DNA of 43,909 nt. Source: Nitrospinota bacterium (GTDB lineage: Bacteria > UBA8248). Each line of letters starts with the position of its first letter. Within the stretch, counting starts at the first letter, position 1. This document shows, piece by piece, positions 1 to 9,210 of this stretch. The translations under genes and the position numbers were made by a program. The notes beneath the pieces are model-generated. The model was not told where the DNA came from, did no database searches, and was given only the letters and a program-made list of their open reading frames with translations. Location of the stretch: NCBI GenBank assembly GCA_046581755.1, contig JAYGFR010000283.1, positions 1 through 43,909 on the forward strand, in the 5' to 3' direction.

Positions 1-240
1 TTCCTCGTTCCAGAGCATGATCGAAGCCGCCTCGGCCTCCATCATCTCCATGGCCATCACCATGATCCGGTTCATGACTTCCTTGAGATTCAGGCTGGAC
101 GACACAAGGGCGGACACATCGATGAGGCGCGAGAGATAATTCACACGGGCCCGAAGGTCTTCGAGCTCGTTTGCGGCGGCGGTTTCCGGGGAGTCGGACA
201 TCGGGGCGCCCCCGGGCGCATCCTGAGAGGATGCCGACAT
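1..240 (-). CDS. GAF-domain signalling protein, N-terminal part (runs off the window edge)
   Basis: Not in the ORF track. Manual translation from ATG 240 gives MSASSQDAPGGAPMSDSPETAAANELEDLRARVNYLSRLIDVSALVSSSLNLKEVMNRIMVMAMEMMEAEAASIMLWNEE. The SSSLNLKEVM..I...A......EAASIML pattern is typical of the start of a GAF domain. Confidence 0.65.
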   Translation of the reverse strand, partial: MSASSQDAPGGAPMSDSPETAAANELEDLRARVNYLSRLIDVSALVSSSLNLKEVMNRIMVMAMEMMEAEAASIMLWNEE

Positions 241-505
241 CCAGGCCCCATCCTCTGTTTGAATCAGGCGCCCGGACCCCGGCGTCCGCGGGGCCACCCA
301 CGGCCGCATGGCGGGGCGGGGCAAGTTGGTTTTCCACCTGAAACAATACCATTTAAGTAGTTAAATCTACAATAATTAACGTCAACAGCAAGGATATATA
401 TAAAGTAAATAATAGGAAACAGACAATAATACATTGAAACATATACACTTGCCACATATTTCATGCGAACTGTGGCCACTCCCGGACGCTATTCACATCC
501 AAAGA

Positions 506-1495
506 CTAAAGACCCGCCCGGTTGTTCTCCTTCACCTTTCGGTTGACAACGTTGGTCGGCCATTCTCCGGAGAGGAGCCGGCGAACCTCGTTCGGTGCCC
601 CATGCTGGAGGCCCTCCATGGCTTCGAGGCTGTACCAGGCCGCATGGGGATTAATGATCACGTTGTCCCGGCCCCGGAGGGGGTGCGGATCGGGAAGCGG
701 TTCGGGCTCGGTCGTATCGAGGCCGCAGCCGCCGATCTCGCCCGCATCGAGGGCGCGCACGAGGGCATCCGTGTCGATGATCGGCCCCCGGGAGCAGTTG
801 ATGATGTAGGCAGTCGGTTTCATCTGACCGAACACCTCATCGTTGATCATTCCCCGCGTTTGGGGGATGAGGGGGGGGTGGACGGACAAAAAGTGCGACG
901 CGGCGTAAAGCGCTTCGGGCTCGACTTTTTTCCCGGGCGCCTCGAACTGGCCCTCTTCGACGAAGGGATCCGAGAACAACACATTTATCCCGAACGCCGC
1001 CGCCCGGATGGCCACCTCGCGGGCGATGTTCCCGAAACCTACCAGCCCGAGCGTGCTTCCGTTGAGGCGGAACATCGGCTTTCCGGCCATGACGTTCCAC
1101 TCGCCGCCGCGCACCTGGCGGTCGAAAAAGGCCACCCGCCGCGCGCAGGCCAACAGCAGGGCCATGGCGTGCTCGGCGACCTCCTGGATGCAGTAGGTCG
1201 GATTGTTCGTCACGATGATGCCCGCCTCGGTCGCCGCGTCGAGATCGATCGTATCCACACCGATTCCGTAGCGGGCGATAATTTTGCATTTGGGCATCTG
1301 CGCCATCGCCTCGGCCGTGATGGGGCCCGCGTAGGTATTCAGGATAGCGTCGCAGTCCCCGGCCTCAGGCAAAAACTCCTCGGCCGTTTTCGTCTGGAGG
1401 GCCACGATGTCGGCCAGCCCCTTGAGCGCCTCTTCCTCGACCGCGAGCGAGTCCCACACATAGTCCGTCAGAACGACCTTGGCGTTGCCGTACAT
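506..1495 (-). CDS. D-isomer-specific 2-hydroxyacid dehydrogenase (CtBP/SerA-like)
   Basis: RYGIGVD, GLVGFGNIA Rossmann motif, INCSRGPII, DTTEPEP, NPHAAW. AAGGAG RBS 7 nt before ATG 1495 (alternative start 1501). Confidence 0.9.
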   Translation of the reverse strand: MYGNAKVVLTDYVWDSLAVEEEALKGLADIVALQTKTAEEFLPEAGDCDAILNTYAGPITAEAMAQMPKCKIIARYGIGVDTIDLDAATEAGIIVTNNPTYCIQEVAEHAMALLLACARRVAFFDRQVRGGEWNVMAGKPMFRLNGSTLGLVGFGNIAREVAIRAAAFGINVLFSDPFVEEGQFEAPGKKVEPEALYAASHFLSVHPPLIPQTRGMINDEVFGQMKPTAYIINCSRGPIIDTDALVRALDAGEIGGCGLDTTEPEPLPDPHPLRGRDNVIINPHAAWYSLEAMEGLQHGAPNEVRRLLSGEWPTNVVNRKVKENNRAGL

Positions 1496-1676
1496 TTTCA
1501 TTCTCCTTCTTTTCCCCCGGAGCCGGGTGCGATGATGTCGAAACGATAAGGTAACGGATACCGGAGCGGATGCTATCCCAGCCCACCTGGCGGATCAAGA
1601 CGTTGAATTCCTTGACCCTTCCATGGCGGTATGTTACCAGCTAGGAAGATTTCCAACGCCCCGCCGCGGAGGCCCA

Positions 1677-2243
1677 ATGGCCGACATTCAGGACTTCCGG
1701 CTCACGCCGGACGGCTGCGTTCTGGTCGTAATCGATGTCCAGGAAAGACTCATGGCCGCTATGCCGGAAGGCATCCGCGAGCGGACCCTCTCCAGCATCC
1801 AGGCCCTGATCGAGACATCGAAGCGGCTGGGGTTTCCGGTCCTGGCCAGCGAGCAATATCCCAAGGGGCTCGGAGCGACGGTGGCCGAAATCGCCGGGAC
1901 AGTTCCGGATTTCTCTCCCTTCGAAAAAATGACGTTCAGTTGCGCGGGCGCCGGGGAGTTTATCCCGCGCCTCCGGGAGCTGGGCCGCTCCAAGATTCTA
2001 CTCACCGGATGCGAGACCCACGTTTGCTGCTTCCAGACCGCCCTCGACCTGATGGAACAAGGGTTTATCGTCCACTCGGTGGCCGATGCCCTCTGCTCGC
2101 GCCGAAAGCTCAACTGGCGGATGGGCCTCTCGGCCCTGGAGGGGGCGGGCGCCATACCGACCACAACCGAGCAAGCGCTTTTCGATTTATTGAGAGTGGC
2201 CGGCAGCGATGATTTCAAGGCGCTCTCCCGGCTGATTAAATAA
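1677..2243 (+). CDS. Isochorismatase-family hydrolase
   Basis: LVVIDVQERL, SEQYPKGLGAT, EKMTFSC, GCETHVCCFQTALDL. GGAGG RBS before ATG 1677. Confidence 0.9.
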   Translation: MADIQDFRLTPDGCVLVVIDVQERLMAAMPEGIRERTLSSIQALIETSKRLGFPVLASEQYPKGLGATVAEIAGTVPDFSPFEKMTFSCAGAGEFIPRLRELGRSKILLTGCETHVCCFQTALDLMEQGFIVHSVADALCSRRKLNWRMGLSALEGAGAIPTTTEQALFDLLRVAGSDDFKALSRLIK

Positions 2244-2315
2244 CGCCGGATATTTGCCCGCCGGGCCGTTGGCGGGACCGGCATTACCCCGCCCGGGGAA
2301 AGAGAGACGCACAGC

Positions 2316-3413
2316 ATGGCGGCACCTCAAGGCGGCAAGATACGCGTGGGAGTCATCTTCGGCGGACGCTCGGCTGAACATGAGGTCAGCCTGGCCTCGG
2401 GCAAGGCGATCATGGGCAACCTCGACCCGGACCGCTACGATGTGCTCCCCCTTCTCGTCACCCGGGAGGGCAGGTGGCTTCTCCTGCCCGGTGCCGGGGA
2501 GGAGCCAGAGCGGGGGCGCGAGGTCCATTTTCCGCCCGAGCCGGGCAGAAATTCCCTCCTCACCGCCAATGCCGGCAACGCCGTGGGCGTGGACGTTCTC
2601 ATTCCCATGATTCACGGAACCTACGGCGAGGACGGCACCCTGCAGGGGCTTCTCGAGATGGCGGAAATTCCGTTCGTGGGCTCGGGCTGCCTCTCCTCGG
2701 CCGTCTCGATGGACAAGGCGGCGGCCAAGGCCATCCTCCGTGCGGGCGGCCTGCCCGTCCTTCCCTCGCTCACCATCTCCCGGGAGGAGTGGGGCTCCAA
2801 CAAAGCGGGCGTTCTGGAGGATGCCGAGTCCAACTTTGGATTCCCGCTATTCGTCAAGCCCACCTCCCTGGGGAGCAGCGTGGGCATCCACCGCATCGAG
2901 GAGGCCGCCAAGCTCGAGGAGGCCATCGAGGACGCCCTCTCCTACGCCTTCAAGATGCTCATCGAGGAGGAAGCCCGGGGACGGGAGTTCGAGTGTGCCG
3001 TTCTCGAGGACCCCGAAGGCGACCGTCCGCTGGCGAGCCCGCTGGCCGAGATCAAGCCCAAGGAGGGCTGGTACGACTACGAGGCCAAGTACACGCCCGG
3101 AATGACGGACATCATCATTCCGGCCGAACTGGACGGCGGCGTCGTCAGCCAGATGCAGGCCCATGCCCGGACCGCCTTCTCGGCCCTGGGCTGCTCGGGC
3201 CTGGCGCGGGTGGATTTCTTCTACCGCGAAACCAGGGGCGAGATTTACATCAACGAGCTCAACACCCTTCCCGGCTTCACCGAACTGAGCGGCTACCCGA
3301 AGATGATCGGCGAAGCGGGGATTCCCTATCCGGCCATGCTGGATCGGCTCATTGCCTGCGCCTTTGCCCGCCACGCCCGCTCGCGGGAACTCACCATCCG
3401 CCAAGCGGATTAG
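2316..3413 (+). CDS. ddl: D-alanine--D-alanine ligase
   Basis: FGGRSAEHEVSLAS, HGTYGEDG, GSSVG, YDYEAKY omega loop, ARVDFF, NELNTLPGFT. Confidence 0.95.
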   Translation: MAAPQGGKIRVGVIFGGRSAEHEVSLASGKAIMGNLDPDRYDVLPLLVTREGRWLLLPGAGEEPERGREVHFPPEPGRNSLLTANAGNAVGVDVLIPMIHGTYGEDGTLQGLLEMAEIPFVGSGCLSSAVSMDKAAAKAILRAGGLPVLPSLTISREEWGSNKAGVLEDAESNFGFPLFVKPTSLGSSVGIHRIEEAAKLEEAIEDALSYAFKMLIEEEARGREFECAVLEDPEGDRPLASPLAEIKPKEGWYDYEAKYTPGMTDIIIPAELDGGVVSQMQAHARTAFSALGCSGLARVDFFYRETRGEIYINELNTLPGFTELSGYPKMIGEAGIPYPAMLDRLIACAFARHARSRELTIRQAD

Positions 3414-3552
3414 GCCGAAACGCTCATCCAGGGAATTAAGCCGAATCCGCGCTTCCCCTTGTCAGCACTCACTCTTTTTCGTCAAAATAATTCCCGGACC
3501 GGCATACGGGCGGCCTCATCCCGCCCTTCGGGGCGACCAGGGAGCGAGGGGC

Positions 3553-4449
3553 ATGGGCCTTTTTCTGATAGTCGTGATTTTCGCGCTCATCCTTTTCGTC
3601 TTCGCCCACATCGCTGCCTACGCCATCCGCTGGGTGGAGGAAGGAAAATGGGCCGGGGACAAACGCTCCATCACCGAGGCCCCGCTATCGGACGGGCTCC
3701 ATATCCTGGCGGAGCTTCTTTGCAGCTTCATCATTCTCTCGCTGTCGATTCTCGACCTCATCCTCAGCCTCCGGAATTTCCATTGGAGGCGGAAAAAACC
3801 CGCGTCCGCCCCGCCCCCATCGGCTGCGCCTTCCGCCCCGGCCGCCGCCACGCCGGACACCGCCGCCCCGGCCGGAAGACCCATCGTCCTCCTGCACGGG
3901 GCCGGAATGCGCGGGCTCTCGATGGCGCCCCTCGCCAGAAAGCTCCGGGCCGAGGGCCGGACGGTTTTCTCCTTTACCTACTGGCCGCCAGGCATGCCGT
4001 TCGCCGCCTATGCCCGCCAGCTGTCGGATTATCTAGATTCCATCGGGAAAGAGCGCGGGTTCACCGAATTTGACGCGGTCGGCCACAGCGCGGGCGGGGT
4101 GATCCTCCGGCGGTTTTTGGCGGCACATAACGATCCCCGGCGCATCGTGCGAATCGTCACCCTGGGCGCCCCTCACGGCGGCTCCGAGCTCTGGCGCTTC
4201 GCGCCCTCGGAGCTGGGCCTTCAGTTGCGCCCTGGAGGGCCGTTTTTAGAGCGCCTGGACGAGGGGGGCCTTCCCCCCGGGATGGAGGCAACCGCCATTG
4301 CGGGCGATTTCGATCAGTTCGTCATCCCCAACGCATACGCGCGCTGGGAGAGCCCGGGCGTCTCGAACCACACCATCCAGAACGCGGGCCATGCCCGCCT
4401 CATCTTTCACCCGGAAACCCTCCGCATCATCCGCCAAGCACTCTCCTAG
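3553..4449 (+). CDS. Membrane-anchored alpha/beta hydrolase (lipase/esterase-like)
   Basis: Two N-terminal hydrophobic segments, Pro/Ala linker, VLLHG oxyanion motif, GHSAGG nucleophile elbow, TLGAPHGGS, C-terminal GH. Start moved to ATG 3553, which follows an RBS. Confidence 0.8.
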   Translation: MGLFLIVVIFALILFVFAHIAAYAIRWVEEGKWAGDKRSITEAPLSDGLHILAELLCSFIILSLSILDLILSLRNFHWRRKKPASAPPPSAAPSAPAAATPDTAAPAGRPIVLLHGAGMRGLSMAPLARKLRAEGRTVFSFTYWPPGMPFAAYARQLSDYLDSIGKERGFTEFDAVGHSAGGVILRRFLAAHNDPRRIVRIVTLGAPHGGSELWRFAPSELGLQLRPGGPFLERLDEGGLPPGMEATAIAGDFDQFVIPNAYARWESPGVSNHTIQNAGHARLIFHPETLRIIRQALS

Positions 4450-4500
4450 CGGAGCGCTCTCCCGGCCGGGCGGCCGGGCGGGGTGGGAGAGGGGGCGGGA

Positions 4501-5486
4501 TCATTCCCATCCCTCGAGACAGGCGGCGAGATAGGACAGGACGCAGCCCTCGCCCCAGTATTCGGGAGCGCCCGGATTTCTCCCCCCGATGAACCCAGCG
4601 TGCCCTCCGGCCGGAAGAAACAAGCCCCGCAGCCAGGGCGAAGTGCGGACGGCCTCGGCGGGATAGCTCCGCTCCGGAACGATGGGGTCGTTCCGGGCGC
4701 TCAGAATAAGCGCCGGAAGCCGGATCTCGGGGATATCCTCGATCGAGCTTGCCGCCGCGTAGTATTCGCGCTCATCGGCGTATCCGTGAACGGGCGCGGT
4801 CGCCCAGCGGTCGAACTCGACAAAGGTCCGCGCCCGGCGGACGCGCTCGGTGTCGATGATACCGGGGTAGCGCGCGGACAGTTCCTGGCATTTCGCGCGC
4901 AGGGTGGACAGAAGGGGCCGGCGGTAGATCGCCCCGCCAGGCCGGTCGATTACCCTGGCGCACTCGCCGGCCTCGAAGGAGGCCGAAACGGCCGCCGCCC
5001 CGCGCAACGAAGGAGGCAGCCCCTCCCCTCTTTCGCCCAGCCATTTCAACAAGACGTTTCCGCCCAAGGAGAATCCGGCGATCAGGAGCGGACCCTTCAC
5101 CCGCCCGGCCAGCCGGCGGGCGGCGAAATCGAGATCGCCCGTCTCGGCGGAATGGTAGAGGCGCGGCATGCGGTTGGGCTCGCCGCTGCAGGAGCGGAAA
5201 TTCAGGGCGGCGGCACACCAGCCAAGGGCCGAGGCCCCCGCCGCCAGGCCGCGGATATAGTGGGAATCGGACGAACCCTCAAGACCGTGCAACAGGAGAA
5301 GGGTGGGCGCCTCCGCCCGCCCCGGGTCCACGAAGTCGATATCGAGAAAATCGCCGTCCGGAGTGTCCCACCGCTCGCGCCGCCAGGGGACTCGCAGCCC
5401 TCCCCGGAACAGGGCGCCCCAAAAGCTCTGAAAATGCGGCCCCTGGCAGAACCAGGAAGGCCGAAAGGGCGCGGGCGCCCATTCAC
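4501..5486 (-). CDS. YheT-family alpha/beta hydrolase (start uncertain, possible frameshift near the 5' end)
   Basis: PHFQS, RERWDTPDGDFLDIDF, LHGLEGSSDSHY, NFRSCSGEPN, GFSLGGNVLLKWLGE, NDP, GGHAGF. There is no in-frame ATG/GTG/TTG between 5601 and the conserved N-terminus. Confidence 0.8.
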
Positions 5487-5530
5487 GTAAGCCCCGCGGC
5501 GGTAATCGAGACGAGAGCCTTCCCTCCCTT

Positions 5531-6448
5531 TTAATCGCCGCCGAAGAAGAAGGGCGCGTAAATGTCCTCGCGGGTCGAGGGAAGGTGATGTTCCCGGACA
5601 ATCTTGTGCTTCTGGAGGAGAACCTGATAGAGCCCGAGCGAGCCCGAATAGAAACACTCGGCCGAGTTGACCAGCCAGAGGCGGTAGATCCGGTAGGTGC
5701 GCTCTCCGACGATTTCCTTGATGCGCCCGGCGTTGCGCTCGAGATTGTCGTACCACTGGTGGCAGGTCCGCGCGTAGTGGAGGCGGAGATTCTCGACGTC
5801 GAGGATCTCCCAATGCTCCCGTTCTATGATGTCCATGATATGGGAGAGGTTGTCCATCTCGCCGTTGGGGAAAATGTAGCGCCTGAGAAATTCCCATTGG
5901 CTCGTCCATTTCCAGAACTTGGTGTGGGTGATTCCGTGATTGAGGAATAGTCCGCCCTCGCGGAGGCGGTTGTGGACCCAGCCGAAATAAAACGCATAGT
6001 TCGCGATGCCGATGTGTTCGATGATCCCGATGGCCGATATTTTCCGATAGGTCTGCCCCTCGGGAAGGTCGCGGTAGTCCTTGTGATAAATCTGGCACCG
6101 GTCCCCGAGCCCTTCGCGGCGGACCCACTCCTGGCCCCATTTGGCCTGCTCGATCGAGAGGGTGACGCCGGTGGTCTTGACGCCGTAATTCTTGGCCGCC
6201 CAGATGGCCAGGCTACCCCAACCGCATCCGATGTCGAGATACTCCTCGCCGGGCGATAGGCGGAGCTTGCGGCAAACAAGGTCCATCTTGTCCATCTGGG
6301 CCTGGGCGAGGTCCCCTTCGGGGTCGCGGTAGTAGGCGCAGGTGTAGAGCATGTTTTCGCACAGGAATTGTTGGTAAAATTTATTCGACAAATCGTAGTG
6401 ATGGGAGATCGCCTCGGCGTCGAACTCTTTCGTCCAGGACTTAATCAT
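5531..6448 (-). CDS. Cyclopropane-fatty-acyl-phospholipid synthase-like SAM methyltransferase, catalytic domain only
   Basis: ISHHYDLSNKFY, MLYTCAYY, LDIGCGWG, GVTLSIEQ, IGIIEHIG, LNHGIT, RYIFPNG, ENLRLHYARTC. GAGGAG RBS before ATG 6448. Confidence 0.9.
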   Translation of the reverse strand: MIKSWTKEFDAEAISHHYDLSNKFYQQFLCENMLYTCAYYRDPEGDLAQAQMDKMDLVCRKLRLSPGEEYLDIGCGWGSLAIWAAKNYGVKTTGVTLSIEQAKWGQEWVRREGLGDRCQIYHKDYRDLPEGQTYRKISAIGIIEHIGIANYAFYFGWVHNRLREGGLFLNHGITHTKFWKWTSQWEFLRRYIFPNGEMDNLSHIMDIIEREHWEILDVENLRLHYARTCHQWYDNLERNAGRIKEIVGERTYRIYRLWLVNSAECFYSGSLGLYQVLLQKHKIVREHHLPSTREDIYAPFFFGGD

Positions 6449-6475
6449 GACTCTCTCCTCCGGCAAATGAGCAAA

Positions 6476-7588
6476 TTATCCGATCCCGAAAGCGCCTTCG
6501 AGCACGACGCGTCTCCTGAGCCAAGCGTTCCCGCACATTCGTTTCGCAACGGATTGGATCAACCGATCCGGAATAATTTTCACCACCTTGTCCACGAAGC
6601 CCTCCTCGCCCGCGCCGTAGACTTCCGCCAGGCGCTTTGAGTAGGCCTCCAGGGAGGAGCGGCCTTCGAGCCAATCGTGAATCGTCTCCGATGCCATGCG
6701 CGCGCTTCGCACGGCGGGGCCGATGCCCTCTCCGCTGAAATCCTGGGCCAGACCCGCCGCATCGCCCACCAGAAGAAATCGCTCCCCGGCGGGATTCCTC
6801 GCCTTGCCCCGCTGGATGGAATAGGCGTGCCCCTTGAAGGGCGTCAGTTCGATGTCCTCCGGGAGCCTGCCGCTCCGCCTCAGAGTCTCCAGGAACGCGT
6901 CCCGCCGTGCATGGACGATCGGCCTCTTGCCGACGCATCCCACCCCGATGTTCAAAAATCCACCCTTGGTGAAGTACCAGGCGTATCCCTTGAAATCGGG
7001 CTCGGCGAACAGCTCGGGGCGCCCATAGTGGGGGGCGATTTCCTGGAGGGTCGCGGCGCCGACCTCGGTTTCGCTCTCCTGGGTGAGGACGACGACCTCC
7101 TCCCTCGAAACGCTGCCGAGCGCACGGGCGATAGGGCAGGCATGGCCTCCCGCGCCGATGACCGCCTCACCCTCGATCCATCCGCCGCCGGTATCGAGCC
7201 GGACGCCATCCGGCCCCGCCTCGACCGCCCGCACCCGGACCCCCTGGCGAACCTCGGCGCCCGCCTCCTCGGCTCGGCGCAGGAGGTAGCCGTCGAATTC
7301 GCTCCGGATGATTCCGTAGCTCGCCGGCTCGTGCCAGCGCGTTTCCTTCAGCTTGCCGTCGTATCCGACGAATATCGAATCGAACGCCTGGATGGTGTGC
7401 GGATAATCCTGCGGATTCAGTTCGAGATCGGCCATGCATTTTTTCGTCACCCATCCGGCGCAGAGCTTCACCCGGGGAAATTCCATCGCCTCGAGAACGA
7501 GAACCCTCCTCCCGACCCGGGCCAATTGCCAGGCGGCCGTGCTGCCCCCGGGTCCGCCGCCGACAACGATAACGTCCCAATCGCTCAT
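6476..7588 (-). CDS. Geranylgeranyl-reductase-family FAD-dependent oxidoreductase
   Basis: VVGGGPGGS, FPRVKLCAG, IIRSEFDGYL, GYAWYFTK, LVGDAAG...GEGIGPA. The ATG overlaps the upstream stop (ATGA, 7588-7585). Confidence 0.85.
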   Translation of the reverse strand: MSDWDVIVVGGGPGGSTAAWQLARVGRRVLVLEAMEFPRVKLCAGWVTKKCMADLELNPQDYPHTIQAFDSIFVGYDGKLKETRWHEPASYGIIRSEFDGYLLRRAEEAGAEVRQGVRVRAVEAGPDGVRLDTGGGWIEGEAVIGAGGHACPIARALGSVSREEVVVLTQESETEVGAATLQEIAPHYGRPELFAEPDFKGYAWYFTKGGFLNIGVGCVGKRPIVHARRDAFLETLRRSGRLPEDIELTPFKGHAYSIQRGKARNPAGERFLLVGDAAGLAQDFSGEGIGPAVRSARMASETIHDWLEGRSSLEAYSKRLAEVYGAGEEGFVDKVVKIIPDRLIQSVAKRMCGNAWLRRRVVLEGAFGIG

Positions 7589-7938
7589 TCCGGAATCCTC
7601 TTGACGCGCAGCCCGATTTTGAGCTTTTGCCAATACGAGATATCCAACTCATCGATGGAGTCGGCGACCTTCATGACATCGAACAAATTCCCGAGGAGGT
7701 CGATATCTCCGTCGCAATACGCCTGGGCAAACGCCGCCGATGTCGGATTCATCAAAAGCCTCTTGAACGCGCGCACCGAGGGGATCACCACGGTCACAGG
7801 GCCGACATCCCGGCCCAGCGGCACCTCGTTTTGATCCCACAGGCGAATTTTAAATCCATTACGAACCGAGGAAAAAATTTCCTGAAGCAATACACTCGCC
7901 TGGACGGCGGACGGTTCCAAGGATAATTCAGAGCCCAT
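7585..7938 (-). CDS. Stand-alone Cfa N-terminal (lipid-binding/dimerisation-type) domain protein, 117 aa
   Basis: FKIRLWD...VTVVIPSVRAFKRLLMNPTSAAFAQAYCDGDIDLLGNL matches the N-terminal domain of two-domain CFA synthases (irlWDG ... lgeAYv.GdiDieGdl). AAGGGGAG RBS. Confidence 0.7.
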   Translation of the reverse strand: MGSELSLEPSAVQASVLLQEIFSSVRNGFKIRLWDQNEVPLGRDVGPVTVVIPSVRAFKRLLMNPTSAAFAQAYCDGDIDLLGNLFDVMKVADSIDELDISYWQKLKIGLRVKRIPE

Positions 7939-8215
7939 CGGCCGCTCCCCCTTATCGTTAAAGAGGTCAAATCGGCAAGAACCCAGGAAACATCGCGGCC
8001 CCCGGATTCCGGGCGCCACGAACCCGATTTTACCCCATGATACAATCGATCGACACCAAAGAAAGTTCTTTTAATTCGATTTTTGCGGAAAAAAGGCATT
8101 ATCAACCGGCTCTCGGCGGGGCCGGTCCGGCTAGCGGGCCTCCCGCCGGAAACGCGCGGCCAATGGTGGATTGGAAGGGGTATCGAAGGGCCTCGGGCGG
8201 GGGACCGTGACCCGT

Positions 8216-9181
8216 TCAGCCCGAGCGGCGGTCCAGGACTTCGGCGTTGACCAGGTTGATCGGGCGGGCGCCCGCTATGGCCCGGCGGATATTCTCGGCG
8301 GTGCGCCCGAGGGCCGCCGCGTCGGTCTCTTTCGTCCGCGAGGCATGATGGGGGCTAATCAGTACGTTGGGAATCGCGCGCAGGGGATGATCCGGAGCGA
8401 GCGGCTCGGGGTCGGTGACGTCCAGCCCGAGGCCTGCCAGGCGGCCCTCCCGCATGGCGTCCAGCAAATCCTCCGTCACGGCGGTGGGCCCGCGCGAGAC
8501 GTTGATCAGGATGGCGCTTTTTTTCATCCGGGCGATGGACGCCGCGCATAGGATCCCGCGCGTCTCCTCCGTCAGGGGCATGCAAAGGACCAGATAATCC
8601 AAGCGCGGCAAAAGCGCTTCGAACGAGCAGAACTCCAGCGGCGTGCCGGGAACCCGCGCCGGGTCCGGGGTGCGCGTGTTGACGAGGATCTTCATGCCGA
8701 ATCCATTGCCCATCCGGGCCAGGCTTTTTCCGATATCGCCCAGCCCCACGATTCCCAACGTTTTTCCGCCGAGTTGGAGCATGGGCGTGGTTTCCCAGGC
8801 GGGCTCGTCCTTCATCCAGGCGTTCCGCGAGAGGTAGAGCATCAGGAAAACGGCGTGCTCGGCCACGGCGGGCCCGCGCACCCCCTCGACGTTGCACACC
8901 ATGACCCCGCGCGTGGTCGCGGCCTCGACATCGATGTTGTTGTAGCCCGCCCCGGGCTTGGCCACCGCCTTGAGACCCTCGCCGCAGGCGTCCATCATCT
9001 CGGCCGTGAAGGGGTCGAAGCAGGTCACCACCCCATCGGCCCCCGGGAGGAGCGGCATCAACTCCTCGGGCGAGTATCCTCCGGGCCAGACCATCTCGTA
9101 TCCCGGCCCGAACCAATCCTCGCCCGTATCCCAGTGGTCCATCCGGACAAAAATCGGGTCCGCTATCACGATTTTCGGCAT
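8216..9181 (-). CDS. D-isomer-specific 2-hydroxyacid dehydrogenase
   Basis: GAGYNNID, GIVGLGDIG, INVSRG, LDVTDPEPL, ISPHHAS. Confidence 0.9.
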   Translation of the reverse strand: MPKIVIADPIFVRMDHWDTGEDWFGPGYEMVWPGGYSPEELMPLLPGADGVVTCFDPFTAEMMDACGEGLKAVAKPGAGYNNIDVEAATTRGVMVCNVEGVRGPAVAEHAVFLMLYLSRNAWMKDEPAWETTPMLQLGGKTLGIVGLGDIGKSLARMGNGFGMKILVNTRTPDPARVPGTPLEFCSFEALLPRLDYLVLCMPLTEETRGILCAASIARMKKSAILINVSRGPTAVTEDLLDAMREGRLAGLGLDVTDPEPLAPDHPLRAIPNVLISPHHASRTKETDAAALGRTAENIRRAIAGARPINLVNAEVLDRRSG

Positions 9182-9210
9182 ATCGATCCTTTTCGGATGG
9201 CCGCCCGGCG

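Noticed and set aside
320..470. AT-rich patch and the 71-aa ORF 264..479 as a foreign insert or small gene
   Set aside because: It sits directly upstream of the GAF-protein gene and looks like its promoter region; the ORF has no recognisable features.
3800..3875. Repeated GC-rich CCGCCCCGGCCG-like units as a tandem repeat or CRISPR
   Set aside because: They encode a Pro/Ala linker inside the hydrolase; there is no regular repeat-spacer structure and no cas genes.
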